Positions 51,563-62,461 are shown, counted from the stretch's first letter. The stretch is DNA of 64,000 nucleotides from an uncultured Clostridium sp. (GCA_900539185.1 UQBG01000012.1:4910-68909); one strand, 5' to 3'. Notes: a model not told the origin generated them from the sequence alone. Numbers and translations are program-made.

Positions 51563-51591
51563 TTGAGCATTTTTCTCCGATATGCTATAAT
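51563..51591 (+). promoter_or_regulatory. Promoter (TTGAGC-17-TATAAT) for the 51665 gene
   Basis: Hexamers at 51563-51568 and 51586-51591. Confidence 0.5.
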
Positions 51592-51664
51592 TACTCTATA
51601 ATTGGTTTCGGAAAGGACACCCGGTAACGGGATCCATATTTGAAGGTGAAGGAGGAATTACAGG

Positions 51665-51970
51665 ATGGGAGAAGGTCAATCGGAAGGTGGCTTCAATCTA
51701 GCCAAAGGCAGCACTTCGATTCTGAAGGGGGTCGATCCTGATGATATCGGAAGTACAGGCGTTCTGTATTCGAAACGAACAGGTGAGACTGGTGTACTAA
51801 AGGGCAGTATTGCACCAAATGTCTATAACACAGAGTATAACTATGAGAAGGCGAATCCATCAAAGAGCGAATCAAAGGTGGGAAAAGTTTTGGTTATTGC
51901 ACTGGTTGTAGTACTGATTGGGATTGCGGTAGTTGCTGCACTGGGATACTTTGGTGTACTATTTAAGTAA
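51665..51970 (+). CDS. Hypothetical tail-anchored small membrane protein
   Basis: 101 aa. GAAGGAGG RBS. Single C-terminal TM (VLVIALVVVLIGIAVVAALGYFGVLF). Confidence 0.45.
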   Translation: MGEGQSEGGFNLAKGSTSILKGVDPDDIGSTGVLYSKRTGETGVLKGSIAPNVYNTEYNYEKANPSKSESKVGKVLVIALVVVLIGIAVVAALGYFGVLFK

Positions 51971-51983
51971 AGAAAGATGAAAG

Positions 51984-52018
51984 CATGGTTGAGTATAAGA
52001 CTCAGCCATGTTTTTTTT
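51984..52018 (+). terminator. Intrinsic terminator
   Basis: Stem CATGGTTGAGTA / TACTCAGCCATG (one mismatch) followed by T8. Confidence 0.75.
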
Positions 52019-52148
52019 ATAGGATCAGATGACAGGCAGGAAGACGTTGATTGCGGTCGCTCTTGCCATATGGTGAGGATAATGTTAGAATAAATGCAGA
52101 ATGTTCGCAGGTCGAACGGTTACTTGTTTGAATGGAGGATACCATATT

Positions 52149-54137
52149 ATGAGTATTGATACAAAATCAGTTAGTGCGATTCGGGTATTATCTGCAGATG
52201 CGATTCAAAAGGCAAATTCCGGACATCCGGGACTTCCGCTTGGCTCGGCAGCGATGGCCTATGAATTATGGGCAAAGCATATGAAGCATAATCCGGCGGA
52301 TCCGAAGTGGGTGAATCGGGATCGGTTTATCCTGTCCGGTGGACATGGTTCCGCATTATTATATTCCTTGCTGCATTTATTCGGCTATGGTCTGACGATG
52401 GAGGATATGAAGAACTTCCGTCAGTTAGGTTCTCTGACTCCGGGACATCCGGAGTATGGACATACGGTAGGAGTAGAGGCTACGACCGGACCACTGGGAG
52501 CCGGTATGGCGATGGCGGTCGGTATGGCAATGGCGGAGAATCATCTGGCGTCTATATTTAATGAAGACGGATATCCGGTGGTTGATCATTATACCTATGT
52601 ACTGGGTGGAGATGGCTGTATGATGGAGGGAATCTCCTATGAGGCCTTTTCATTAGCCGGTTCTCTGGGACTTGGCAAACTGATTGTATTATATGATTCG
52701 AACAATATTTCGATTGAGGGTGATACCAATATCGCATTTCGTGAGAATGTTCAGACGCGGTTTCAGGCATTTGGTTTCCAGACACTGCTGGTAGAGGACG
52801 GAAATGATCTGGAGGCGATCGGCAAGGCCATCGAGGAGGCAAAGGCGGATACGACGAGACCGACGATGATCGAAGTAAAGACAAAGATCGGATATGGATG
52901 CCCAGCGAAGGAAGGAAAGGCATCTGCACATGGAGAACCGCTGGGGGTTGAAAATGTAGCAGCACTTCGAAAGAATCTGGGCTGGGAGATTGAAGAGAGC
53001 TTTACTGTTCCGCAGGATGTATATGATAACTTCCGGGCAATCGCAAAGGAAAATGCGAAGGCAGAAGAGCAGTGGAATGCATTGTTTGCAGACTATGCAC
53101 AGAAGTATCCGGAGAAGAAAGCACTGTGGGATCAGTACTATAACGAAGAAAGCGGAGAACTGCTGCAGGACAATGAAGCATTCTGGGCTGTGCCGGAAAA
53201 GGCAGAAGCAACCCGGAGTCTGTCCGGTAAGCTGATCAATGTTATGAAAGATGTCCTTCCGAATATGTTTGGCGGGGCAGCCGATCTGGCACCATCGACC
53301 AAGACCTATATGAATGATATGGGGGATTATTCCGGCGAGAATCCGGAAGGAAAGAATATACATTTTGGTATTCGTGAGATTGCCATGGCAGCGATCGGTA
53401 ACGGTATTGCACTGCATGGCGGACTAAGACCATATGTATCTACGTTCTTTGTATTCAGTGACTATGTAAAACCAATGGCAAGACTGTCAGCACTGATGGG
53501 ACTTCCATTGACCTATGTATTAACACATGACAGTATCGGGGTAGGAGAAGATGGACCAACCCATGAGCCGATAGAGCAGTTAGCGATGCTTCGTTCTATG
53601 CCGAACTTTACGGTATATCGTCCGGCAGATGCAATTGAGACCGCAGCAGCCTGGTACTATGCGGCAAACAGTAAACATACGCCGACAGCACTGGTATTAT
53701 CCCGTCAGAACCTGCCGCAGTTAGCCGGTTCCAGCAAGGAAGCCCTGAAGGGTGGATATGTAATAGCAGATTCTGAGAAGAAAACACCGGATGCGATCAT
53801 TATCGCGACCGGATCAGAAGTGCAGCTGGGTATACAGGCAAAGGAACTTCTTGCAAAAGAAGGTGTCGATGTCCGGGTAGTCAGTATGCCGTCTATGGAT
53901 GTATATGAACAGCAGACAGACGACTATAAGGAACAGGTACTGCCGAAGCAGGTACGGGCAAGAGTTGCGGTAGAAGCATTATCTGATTTCGGATGGGGCA
54001 AGTATGTAGGTCTGGACGGAGAGGTTGTATCCATGAAGAGTTTTGGTGCATCGGCTCCGGGCAAGTTACTGTTTGAACATTTCGGAATCACAACAGAAGC
54101 GGTTGTTGCGGCTGTTAAGAAGACGTTACGGGCGTAA
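52149..54137 (+). CDS. tkt: Transketolase
   Basis: Trimmed to the ATG at 52149 (MSIDTKS), which has a GGAGG RBS. TPP motif GDGCMMEG and conserved HPE/HGE regions. Confidence 0.9.
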   Translation: MSIDTKSVSAIRVLSADAIQKANSGHPGLPLGSAAMAYELWAKHMKHNPADPKWVNRDRFILSGGHGSALLYSLLHLFGYGLTMEDMKNFRQLGSLTPGHPEYGHTVGVEATTGPLGAGMAMAVGMAMAENHLASIFNEDGYPVVDHYTYVLGGDGCMMEGISYEAFSLAGSLGLGKLIVLYDSNNISIEGDTNIAFRENVQTRFQAFGFQTLLVEDGNDLEAIGKAIEEAKADTTRPTMIEVKTKIGYGCPAKEGKASAHGEPLGVENVAALRKNLGWEIEESFTVPQDVYDNFRAIAKENAKAEEQWNALFADYAQKYPEKKALWDQYYNEESGELLQDNEAFWAVPEKAEATRSLSGKLINVMKDVLPNMFGGAADLAPSTKTYMNDMGDYSGENPEGKNIHFGIREIAMAAIGNGIALHGGLRPYVSTFFVFSDYVKPMARLSALMGLPLTYVLTHDSIGVGEDGPTHEPIEQLAMLRSMPNFTVYRPADAIETAAAWYYAANSKHTPTALVLSRQNLPQLAGSSKEALKGGYVIADSEKKTPDAIIIATGSEVQLGIQAKELLAKEGVDVRVVSMPSMDVYEQQTDDYKEQVLPKQVRARVAVEALSDFGWGKYVGLDGEVVSMKSFGASAPGKLLFEHFGITTEAVVAAVKKTLRA

Positions 54138-54154
54138 CGGAAAAGAAATAAAAG

Positions 54155-54192
54155 AAACGTGCAGGAAATCTTCGGATTCCTGCACGTTTTCT
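54155..54192. terminator. Bidirectional intrinsic terminator (tkt / mecA)
   Basis: Perfect 13-bp stem AAACGTGCAGGAA / TTCCTGCACGTTT with 9-nt loop and flanking A- and T-runs. Confidence 0.85.
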
Positions 54193-54215
54193 TATTAAAA
54201 AATCTGAAAAACTGC

Positions 54216-55010
54216 TTATAAACTATTTAATGTCTGTAATGCAAACCGCTTGATAATCGGTTGAAAATGCTCTGCCATATGATAAGGCATTGCATAAGAG
54301 GTCTTTATCTTCGAACCATATTCACACAAAGTATTGCATACAAGGTTAAATTCATCGGTTGTATGGTTTGACTGAGTAACAATCAGGTAATAACGGGAAT
54401 CACGCGGATTCTTAAACAGTGTGTTTTCACCGCAATAAACGCCCTGTAGCTGAGCTGCCGCGGAGGCAACATTACTCAGTGCAGAGAATACAAAGATCCG
54501 ATAAACATCGGAAGTATCCGGTTGTTTCTTTGAAGCAGAATCTGCAGGCGTTGATATCGTCTGATCCGAAGACTCCTTTGAACGGAGAGACTGTTCGGCA
54601 GAACTGTGAATCGCTTCCAGATTCTCTACAATATTGCCTAAGACATCAAATATACTGGACGGATCCTCTACATCGTCATCCTCTTCATCATTGTAGTCAT
54701 CATAATCCACATCTTCCGTAGAAGGACGGGTAAACTTGGAAAAACGGGTATCCAATTCCTCCGGATCTTCTACCTTCGTTATAATCAGGACTAAACAGTC
54801 AGGATTGACCGGTATTGCCTCTATCATCAATGGGATATCGCCAACTTCGAAACCTACATCATCGGAAGCCTTCTGCATCATATCCCGAAATAGTGCTTTT
54901 GCACGATCTGTACCATATGCAAGCTCGGTAAGACGTATATTATGATCTGCTAAATCTGATTTATTTAAAGTACAACGAATTTGATTCTCATTTAATTTTT
55001 CAATTTTCAT
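54216..55010 (-). CDS. mecA: Adaptor protein MecA
   Basis: 264 aa. N-terminal domain MKIEKLNENQIRCTL. Acidic D/E-rich linker. C-terminal YYLIV ... EYG domain typical of MecA. Confidence 0.7.
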   Translation of the reverse strand: MKIEKLNENQIRCTLNKSDLADHNIRLTELAYGTDRAKALFRDMMQKASDDVGFEVGDIPLMIEAIPVNPDCLVLIITKVEDPEELDTRFSKFTRPSTEDVDYDDYNDEEDDDVEDPSSIFDVLGNIVENLEAIHSSAEQSLRSKESSDQTISTPADSASKKQPDTSDVYRIFVFSALSNVASAAAQLQGVYCGENTLFKNPRDSRYYLIVTQSNHTTDEFNLVCNTLCEYGSKIKTSYAMPYHMAEHFQPIIKRFALQTLNSL

Positions 55011-55133
55011 CGAATCATCTCCTTATCGTTATAATACATACAATCCTTTGTGCATAGGTGTATTCTTAGTTTAACACAAAATAGGCATATGTAAAGAGGA
55101 TTTATACGGTAAAATTGTAAAAAATTTAGAAAT

Positions 55134-55162
55134 TTATAAAAAAAACCTTGTATAATGTCAAA
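55134..55162 (-). promoter_or_regulatory. Candidate mecA promoter (minus strand TTGACA-17-TATAAA)
   Basis: Minus-strand TTGACA at plus coordinates 55157-55162. A TTGTATAAT on the plus strand overlaps it (55148-55156). Confidence 0.4.
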
Positions 55163-55546
55163 AAATAGATTATACTTTTACGTAGAGATGACCGAAATGC
55201 GAAAGAAGGGAGGATATAAAATAACGGGGACCCGAATCATATCTGATAGTCTGTTGGGTTCTGATCAGGAGATTCATATTATTTCTTAGTTGGTATATCT
55301 CTATTTCCGGTTGATAAATGCAAGTTGCCGCATAGGTGTTTCGGAGGAATACTATAAAATGTCTCACAACTGCACCATCCTATGGTAGAGGTAGTGTCCA
55401 TCCGGTTCCGTGCGGGAAAAAGGGGGCGGTCGTGGCATAAAAGAATAGTCACTTATAAAGGATAATACGAAATCTACACATTTATAGCATTACATAGAAC
55501 AAAGAATTCACAGAGTTTGTGATAGTTAGCAATGAGGGAGCAGGTA

Positions 55547-56245
55547 TTACCCCATAATACCTGCTTCTGTGTTTAAATACTGCCGGACGCCTACAGATAT
55601 AGCATAAGCAAGTTTCTCCTGGTATATAGGAGCATTTAGAAGGGCGGATTCTGTGGGATTCGACATGAATCCACATTCCACAATCACGGCGGGACAGGAT
55701 ACGTTTTTCAGGACATAATAAGAATCATTAGACTTGGCTGATCGGGTATTGGAGGGATCTGCCAGTTCTATCAGAGAGGACTGAATCTGTTCTGCCAGCT
55801 TCCGGCTGGATGCAGATGAATAATAGTAAAAGCTTTGGGCTCCATGTTCTGCAGGAGAAGAAAAACTGTTTTGGTGAATACTGATCATCAGATCCGGTTG
55901 ATGAGCATCTACAAAGGCAATGCGGTTTCTCATATCGGACTGTTTTTTATTGCGGGCATTGACATCACTTAAACTACAGTCTGAATCACGAGTCAGATAG
56001 ACCAGACAGTCCTGTGCTTCCAGATAGCTTTTTAACCGCAGGGCGATAGCCAGATTCAGATCCTTTTCTAACTGTTGATCCGGTGATACCATACCGGGGT
56101 CGAAGCCGCCGTGTCCGACGTCGATGACGATGACGGCCTGCTCTCTGGATGTATGAAAGACGGTTGTAGACGGAAAATAAACCATAAAAAGGATAATAAT
56201 CAGAAAAATAGAAAGTACGGGCAGAAGGTATCGTTTTAGTTTCAT
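55547..56245 (-). CDS. cwlD: N-acetylmuramoyl-L-alanine amidase, CwlD-like
   Basis: 232 aa. N-terminal TM. Amidase_3 motifs VIDVGHGG and SIHQNS. Confidence 0.75.
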   Translation of the reverse strand: MKLKRYLLPVLSIFLIIILFMVYFPSTTVFHTSREQAVIVIDVGHGGFDPGMVSPDQQLEKDLNLAIALRLKSYLEAQDCLVYLTRDSDCSLSDVNARNKKQSDMRNRIAFVDAHQPDLMISIHQNSFSSPAEHGAQSFYYYSSASSRKLAEQIQSSLIELADPSNTRSAKSNDSYYVLKNVSCPAVIVECGFMSNPTESALLNAPIYQEKLAYAISVGVRQYLNTEAGIMG

Positions 56246-56392
56246 AAAAAACCTCAGAAATTATTAAAAAAAGTGTCGATATAATATATTCTTGTGTTAT
56301 AATTTTAATGCACCTATTGTTCTGATCTCAGAGGAGTATTGAGAGCGGAAGATAGGCGACATTACTGATACACGGGGTATAAGAAAGTAAAA

Positions 56393-57460
56393 ATGAATAC
56401 GTTATTTGTAAATGTTGATAGCGGTATCACAGAAGATGAGCCGAGTCAGGAACTGGAGACGGCAGGAGAGATTTTAAAGCAGGGAGGACTGGTAGCATTT
56501 CCGACCGAGACGGTATACGGATTAGGTGGTGATGCGTTGAATGCCGAGGCGTCTCAGAAGATCTATGCAGCAAAGGGGCGGCCGTCCGATAATCCGTTGA
56601 TTGTTCACATTGCGGATGAAGCAGATCTTCAGCGGATAGCTACGGATATTCCGGAGGCGGCATATAAGCTGATGGATGTCTTCTGGCCGGGACCTATGAC
56701 ATTGATATTTAAGAAGAAGCCGATTGTTCCGGATAGTACAACGGGCGGACTGGATACGGTGGCTGTACGGATGCCGTCTCATAATGTGGCGTATGAGTTG
56801 ATTCGACGGTCCGGTGTGCTGATTGCGGCACCGAGTGCTAATGTGTCCGGAAGACCGAGTCCGACAATGGCGGCACATGTGAAAGAGGATCTGGATGGAA
56901 AAATCGATATGATCATCGATGGCGGTGACTGTCGGTACGGTATCGAGTCCACGATCATCGATATGACCAGTAAGGTGCCGATGATCTTACGACCGGGATA
57001 TATCACGCAGGAGATGATCGAGGATGTGATCGGGAATGTAGAGCTGGATCCCGGAATCACCGGACTTCCGACACATACCAGACCGAAGGCACCCGGAATG
57101 AAGTATACACATTACGCACCGAAGGGAATCATGTATATTATTGAGGGAGAATCAACCTCCGTAATTCGGTGCATTAATCGAATGGTAAAGGAGCGTCAGG
57201 CAGCAGGCTGTAAGACGGGTGTATTGGCGACCAGATATAATGCATCTGCATATGAGGCAGATGAGGTGATTGTAATCGGAGATAAGGCAGATGAACTGAT
57301 GATTTCTTCAAATCTGTACCGGACGTTACGGGAGTTTGATGCAAGAGGAGTTGATTATATTTACTCAGAATCATTTACAGGAAGCGGGCTGGGGACAGCC
57401 ATTATGAATCGGTTAATTAAGGCAGCAGGGCATCGGGTGATTCAGGCACCGACAGTGTAA
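56393..57460 (+). CDS. tsaC: L-threonylcarbamoyladenylate synthase (Sua5/YwlC type)
   Basis: 355 aa. YrdC-domain motif FPTETVYGLG. C-terminal Sua5 domain. Confidence 0.8.
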   Translation: MNTLFVNVDSGITEDEPSQELETAGEILKQGGLVAFPTETVYGLGGDALNAEASQKIYAAKGRPSDNPLIVHIADEADLQRIATDIPEAAYKLMDVFWPGPMTLIFKKKPIVPDSTTGGLDTVAVRMPSHNVAYELIRRSGVLIAAPSANVSGRPSPTMAAHVKEDLDGKIDMIIDGGDCRYGIESTIIDMTSKVPMILRPGYITQEMIEDVIGNVELDPGITGLPTHTRPKAPGMKYTHYAPKGIMYIIEGESTSVIRCINRMVKERQAAGCKTGVLATRYNASAYEADEVIVIGDKADELMISSNLYRTLREFDARGVDYIYSESFTGSGLGTAIMNRLIKAAGHRVIQAPTV

Positions 57461-57471
57461 GTAAGGAGGAT

Positions 57472-57900
57472 ATGATGATAGCATTGGGAAGCGACCATGG
57501 CGGATATGGTCTGAAGCAGGAAGTAATCAAGCATCTGAAAGAACGTGGACTGGAATATAAGGACTATGGTTGTTATAGTGAGGAGTCCTGTGATTATCCG
57601 GTATATGGACGGGCAGTGGCAGAGGCTGTCGCATCCGGAGAATGTGAGCGTGGAATTATTATCTGCGGCACAGGCATCGGAATTTCCATTACGGCAAATA
57701 AGGTGCCGGGAATCCGGGCAGCGCTGTGTCATGACTGTTTCAGTGCGGAAGCAACCAGACAGCATAATGATGCAAATGTACTGGCGATGGGAGCCAGAGT
57801 AATCGGCTCCGGACTTGCATTAAAGATTGTGGATATCTTTTTGGATACGCCTTTTTCAAATGATGAGCGACATGTGAGAAGAATCGGCATGATCGAATAA
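57472..57900 (+). CDS. rpiB: Ribose-5-phosphate isomerase B
   Basis: 142 aa RpiB/LacAB fold (ALGSDHGG ... ICGTGIG). Confidence 0.9.
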   Translation: MMIALGSDHGGYGLKQEVIKHLKERGLEYKDYGCYSEESCDYPVYGRAVAEAVASGECERGIIICGTGIGISITANKVPGIRAALCHDCFSAEATRQHNDANVLAMGARVIGSGLALKIVDIFLDTPFSNDERHVRRIGMIE

Positions 57901-57946
57901 CCGCATAGAATCATCCAAAGTGGATATATTAGAATAGTGAAAGAAG

Positions 57947-57990
57947 AAAAGACTTATGCACGTTTTATGGAAAACGGACATAAGTCTTTT
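57947..57990 (+). terminator. Intrinsic terminator after rpiB
   Basis: Stem AAAAGACTTATG / CATAAGTCTTTT with internal CGTTTT-ATGG-AAAACG sub-hairpin. Confidence 0.7.
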
Positions 57991-58018
57991 GCAAATCTGC
58001 TATTTTACACAAAATTTA

Positions 58019-58048
58019 TAGACATTTTTGTGGTAATTTAGTATAATT
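58019..58048 (+). promoter_or_regulatory. Candidate atp operon promoter (TAGACA-18-TATAAT)
   Basis: -10 at 58043-58048. About 20 nt upstream of the atpZ RBS. Confidence 0.45.
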
Positions 58049-58068
58049 TACTACGAGGTGAGAAAACC

Positions 58069-58317
58069 ATGAGGGAACACAAACAGGTATTCAAGATGAT
58101 AACACTGATTTCTCAGGTAGGAATAACCATGTTATCATCTATTTTTATTTGTGGACTGATTGGATATTGGATAGATAATCGGTTTGAAACCCACACATTT
58201 ATCGTGTTTTTAGTGCTGGGGGTAGCTGGCGGTTATCGTGCCGTATATTCCCTGGTGAAGCAGTTTATGAAGAAAAAGGAGAAACAGGACGATGAAACGA
58301 CTGGATCCGACCGTTAG
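58069..58317 (+). CDS. atpZ: AtpZ/AtpI-family small membrane protein (F-ATPase operon leader gene)
   Basis: 82 aa with two TM segments. First gene of the atp cluster. Confidence 0.5.
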   Translation: MREHKQVFKMITLISQVGITMLSSIFICGLIGYWIDNRFETHTFIVFLVLGVAGGYRAVYSLVKQFMKKKEKQDDETTGSDR

Positions 58318-58690
58318 GGATGTATTGGTAGGGGCCTTGTTATATGGTATCCTTGTAGAGATCATAGGGGTTATTGTGGTAGAGAACCGGCTGAGCTACA
58401 GTCTGGGACTTGTATATGGATATGGTTGTATCATATTTATGATATGTCATATGTATCTGACGCTGGAGAAGGCATTGGATATGGAGCCGAAGGACGCATC
58501 AAAGTATGGGATTCGGAATAATATCCTGCGATATGTTATCGTATTTTTGCTGTTGGTAATCGCAGCAATGATACCACAGGTCAGCGTCGTTGCAGTAATT
58601 ATTATGATATTTGGGATGAAGATTTCGGCGGCACTGCAGCCGAAGGTAAATAAGTACATTACCTCAAGAATCTTTGATGGAAGAAGGTGA
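58292..58690 (+). CDS. atpI: ATP synthase protein I
   Basis: 132 aa with 4 TM. Overlaps atpZ by 26 nt. Confidence 0.55.
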   Translation: MKRLDPTVRDVLVGALLYGILVEIIGVIVVENRLSYSLGLVYGYGCIIFMICHMYLTLEKALDMEPKDASKYGIRNNILRYVIVFLLLVIAAMIPQVSVVAVIIMIFGMKISAALQPKVNKYITSRIFDGRR

Positions 58691-58694
58691 ATCT

Positions 58695-59459
58695 ATGGTG
58701 AATGTAGCAGCCAGTGCGTGGCAGACGGTGGCCGGCATTGGTGGTATACGGACAGTACTGACAGATGAAAAGACCGTTGATTTTTTCATACATGAGCTGA
58801 TTCCGTATAAGTTTTTTGGGCAGACTGTGTATATTACAACTACCCACATCTGTGAGTTTATTATAATTCTCGGAATTGTAATTTTTGCGCTGATCGCAAG
58901 GCACAGAATTATGCATGCGGAAGAAATCCCCAGAGGATTTCAAAATGTAGTGGAATTCCTGATCGAGACACTGCAGAAGTATGTGAACGGGTCCATGGGA
59001 AAAAACGGAACCAAGTGTTATGTGAATTACATTGGAACGATTATCCTGCTGATTTTTCTGTGTAATATATCAGGTCTGATCGGCTTGAGACCGCCGACAG
59101 CAGATTACGGAACGACGTTGTGTCTGGCCATTATATCCGTTGTTATGATTCAGTATAACAACATAAAGTGGAATAAGTGGAGGGCATTTACGAGTCTGTT
59201 TGAACCGGTATTTTTATTCTTCCCGATTAACCTGATCGGTGAGGTGTCTACGGTGGTTTCGCTGTCATTGCGTTTGTTCGGTAACATTATGGCAGGTACG
59301 GTTATGATAACGCTGTACTATACACTGATGCCGATTTTCGTAAAGATTGGTATTCCGGCAGCGCTGCATGCTTATCTGGATGTTTTTTCAGGAGCGATTC
59401 AGGCGTATGTATTTACGATGCTGACGATGGTATTTATCAATAATAAGATAGAAGGATAA
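58695..59459 (+). CDS. atpB: F0F1 ATP synthase subunit a
   Basis: Track frame begins at TTG 58674. The ATG at 58695 has an AAGGTG RBS. Conserved LSLRLFGN motif. Confidence 0.85.
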   Translation: MVNVAASAWQTVAGIGGIRTVLTDEKTVDFFIHELIPYKFFGQTVYITTTHICEFIIILGIVIFALIARHRIMHAEEIPRGFQNVVEFLIETLQKYVNGSMGKNGTKCYVNYIGTIILLIFLCNISGLIGLRPPTADYGTTLCLAIISVVMIQYNNIKWNKWRAFTSLFEPVFLFFPINLIGEVSTVVSLSLRLFGNIMAGTVMITLYYTLMPIFVKIGIPAALHAYLDVFSGAIQAYVFTMLTMVFINNKIEG

Positions 59460-59500
59460 TGCAGTAGAATTAAGTAAGAAAGAAAATGGAGGGTTTCTAA

Positions 59501-59776
<276 letters not shown>

Positions 59777-59816
59777 GGAATATGTATTCCCAAACGGGCG
59801 GAAAGGAGGCTAAGAC

Positions 59817-60377
59817 GTGTTTAAGATATGCATGATGAGCGGTACAGTAGCACTGCTGGAGGGAAGAATCTTCGGTCTGGATGCACAACTGCTGGCAGAT
59901 ATTTTAATACAGGCGATTGCAATCTTTATCTTATTTGCATTTTTATCTTATGTTCTGTTCGAACCGGTAAAGAAGGTATTGAATAACCGGACAGAGCGAA
60001 TTAAAAATGATATCGAAAGTGCCAAACAGGATAAAGAAGAAGCATCGAAGATGAAGGAAGCGTATGACAGTAAGCTGCAGGCTGCAGATACGGAAGTACA
60101 GGAAATATTAAGCGAAGCACGTAAGAAAGCAAAGAAGCGGGAAAGTGATATCGTAGAGGAAGCGAATGAGGAGGCCGCCAGAGTCAGAAACCGTGCCAGC
60201 CAGGAGATTGAACTGGAGAAGGCAAAGGCACAGGATGAGATCCGGCAGGAGATCATACAGGTAGCAACGGCTATGGCATCCAAGATCGTAACGGTTTCTC
60301 TGACTGAGGAACAGCAAAATGCTCTGTTGGAAGAGACACTGAAGGAAATAGGTGATGATACATGGCTAAGCAGATAG
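59817..60377 (+). CDS. atpF: F0F1 ATP synthase subunit b
   Basis: GTG start with AAAGGAGG RBS. Alternative ATG at 59832. Single TM followed by long charged helix. Confidence 0.8.
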   Translation: MFKICMMSGTVALLEGRIFGLDAQLLADILIQAIAIFILFAFLSYVLFEPVKKVLNNRTERIKNDIESAKQDKEEASKMKEAYDSKLQAADTEVQEILSEARKKAKKRESDIVEEANEEAARVRNRASQEIELEKAKAQDEIRQEIIQVATAMASKIVTVSLTEEQQNALLEETLKEIGDDTWLSR

Positions 60378-60907
60378 ATTCTACTTATGGAGATGCACTT
60401 TATGAACTGGCAGTAGAGGAACAAAAGACGGATTCTGTTCTGGAAGAGATGACAGGGCTGCTTCAGGTGTTTCGGGAGAATGAAGAACTGCTTCAGGTAT
60501 TGACACATCCGGAAGTGCAAAAGGAGCAGAAACTGGAGTTGATTCGTAATGTATTTCAGGGAAGAGTCAGTGATGATGTTATGGGAATGCTGTTAATTGT
60601 GGTGCAGAATGACCGTAGCAACGGCTTAATCGCTATTTGTCAGTACGTGATCAGGAAGATTAAGGAATATAAGAAGATAGGAATCGCAAGTGTGACTTCG
60701 GCAAGTGTGCTGACAGCACAGCAGAAGTCGGCGATTGAATCTAAGCTGGTTGATACAACGGACTATAACAGTATGGAGATGAATTATATCGTTGATCCAA
60801 CAATTATAGGAGGATTGATTATTCGGATTCAGGATCGGGTAGTGGATAGCAGTATCAAGAGTCAGTTAGAGAGAATGTCGCAGACACTCTCTCATGGGGA
60901 AATGTAG
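60362..60907 (+). CDS. atpH: F0F1 ATP synthase subunit delta
   Basis: 181 aa OSCP-like. Overlaps the atpF end. Confidence 0.8.
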   Translation: MAKQIDSTYGDALYELAVEEQKTDSVLEEMTGLLQVFRENEELLQVLTHPEVQKEQKLELIRNVFQGRVSDDVMGMLLIVVQNDRSNGLIAICQYVIRKIKEYKKIGIASVTSASVLTAQQKSAIESKLVDTTDYNSMEMNYIVDPTIIGGLIIRIQDRVVDSSIKSQLERMSQTLSHGEM

Positions 60908-60940
60908 TAAAATATAGAAGAAAGAAGGTGCTGAGGCTCC

Positions 60941-62446
60941 ATGAATTTAAGACCGGAAGAGATAAGCTCTGTTATAAAAGAGCAGATCAAGAATTATTCG
61001 GTTCATCTGGAAACTACGGATGTAGGTACCGTTATTCAGGTGGCAGATGGTATCGTTCGTATTCATGGTCTGGAGAATGCGATGCAGGGAGAACTGCTGG
61101 CATTTCCAAATGATGTATATGGAATGGTCATGAACCTGGAAGTAGATAATGTAGGTGCCGTACTGCTCGGAGATAGCAGTAGCGTAAATGAAGGCGATAC
61201 CGTTAAGACAACCGGACGCGTCGTTGAGGTCCCTGTAGGGGATGCGATGCTGGGCAGAGTTGTAAATGCATTGGGACAGCCGATCGATGGAAAAGGACCG
61301 ATTCAGTCTACAAAGACCAGACAGATTGAACGAGTGGCATCGGGTGTTATCAGCCGGAAGTCTGTAGATACTCCGTTACAGACCGGTATTAAGGCAATCG
61401 ATGCGATGGTGCCGATCGGTAGAGGACAGCGAGAACTGATCATAGGAGATAGACAGACAGGTAAGACTGCCATAGCGATTGATACGATTATCAATCAAAA
61501 GGGACAGGGAGTTTACTGTATATACGTAGCAATCGGACAGAAGGCCTCCACGGTAGCCTCTATCGTGAAGACATTGACGGAATTTGGAGCTATGGATTAT
61601 ACAACGGTTGTGGCTTCTACAGCGTCAGAACCGGCTCCGCTGCAGTATATTTCGCCGTATGCAGGATGTGCAATCGGTGAGGAATGGATGGAGGAAGGAA
61701 AGGACGTTCTGGTAGTGTATGATGACTTGAGCAAGCATGCTACCGCATATCGTACACTTTCATTGCTTCTCCGTAGACCACCAGGCCGTGAGGCTTATCC
61801 AGGAGATGTATTCTATCTGCATAGTCGTCTTCTGGAGCGTGCGGCAAAGCTGTCGGATGAACTGGGAGGAGGTTCTTTGACGGCACTGCCGATTATAGAG
61901 ACACAGGCCGGAGATGTATCCGCCTATATCCCGACAAATGTTATATCGATTACGGATGGTCAGATTTATCTGGAGACAGAGATGTTCAATGCCGGTTTCC
62001 GTCCGGCAGTAAATGCAGGCCTTTCTGTATCGCGGGTAGGTGGTTCTGCCCAGATCGGTGCAATGAAGAAGATAGCAGCACCAATCCGTGTTGAGTTAGC
62101 ACAGTATCGCGAGCTGGCTGCGTTTTCACAGTTTGGATCTGAGCTGGATGCAGATACAAAGGAGCGTCTGGCACAGGGTGAACGGATCAGAGAGATGCTG
62201 AAGCAACCGCAGTATGCACCAATGCCGGTAGAACGACAGATCGTAATTATATATGCCGCTACGAAGAAGTATCTGCTGGATATTCCGGTAGAAGATATTC
62301 AGCGGTTTGAAAAGGAATTGTTTGACTTTATTGATACAAAGTATCCGGAAATATTCCAGAAGATTCGTGAGGAAAAAAAGCTGTCGGATGAACTGGAAGA
62401 GATGATGGTAAAGGCGATTACCGAATTCAAGGCTGAGTTTAAGTGA
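60941..62446 (+). CDS. atpA: F0F1 ATP synthase subunit alpha
   Basis: 501 aa with Walker A GDRQTGKT. Confidence 0.95.
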   Translation: MNLRPEEISSVIKEQIKNYSVHLETTDVGTVIQVADGIVRIHGLENAMQGELLAFPNDVYGMVMNLEVDNVGAVLLGDSSSVNEGDTVKTTGRVVEVPVGDAMLGRVVNALGQPIDGKGPIQSTKTRQIERVASGVISRKSVDTPLQTGIKAIDAMVPIGRGQRELIIGDRQTGKTAIAIDTIINQKGQGVYCIYVAIGQKASTVASIVKTLTEFGAMDYTTVVASTASEPAPLQYISPYAGCAIGEEWMEEGKDVLVVYDDLSKHATAYRTLSLLLRRPPGREAYPGDVFYLHSRLLERAAKLSDELGGGSLTALPIIETQAGDVSAYIPTNVISITDGQIYLETEMFNAGFRPAVNAGLSVSRVGGSAQIGAMKKIAAPIRVELAQYRELAAFSQFGSELDADTKERLAQGERIREMLKQPQYAPMPVERQIVIIYAATKKYLLDIPVEDIQRFEKELFDFIDTKYPEIFQKIREEKKLSDELEEMMVKAITEFKAEFK

Positions 62447-62461
62447 TGGAGGTGACAGAAT

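Noticed and set aside
52307-53433. Gly/Arg-rich and other ORFs (both strands) inside tkt
   Set aside because: These are alternative-frame artefacts of the transketolase coding sequence (repetitive GGxGG codons), with no independent signals.
55170-55367. 65-aa minus-strand ORF in the mecA upstream block
   Set aside because: It has no RBS, a hydrophobic/odd composition and no homology features. The region is more plausibly non-coding.
58674-58694. Longer atpB start (TTG 58674 / ATG 58677, MMEEGES...)
   Set aside because: The AAGGTG RBS lies inside this extension, 5 nt before the ATG at 58695. The upstream alternatives have no SD and overlap the end of atpI.
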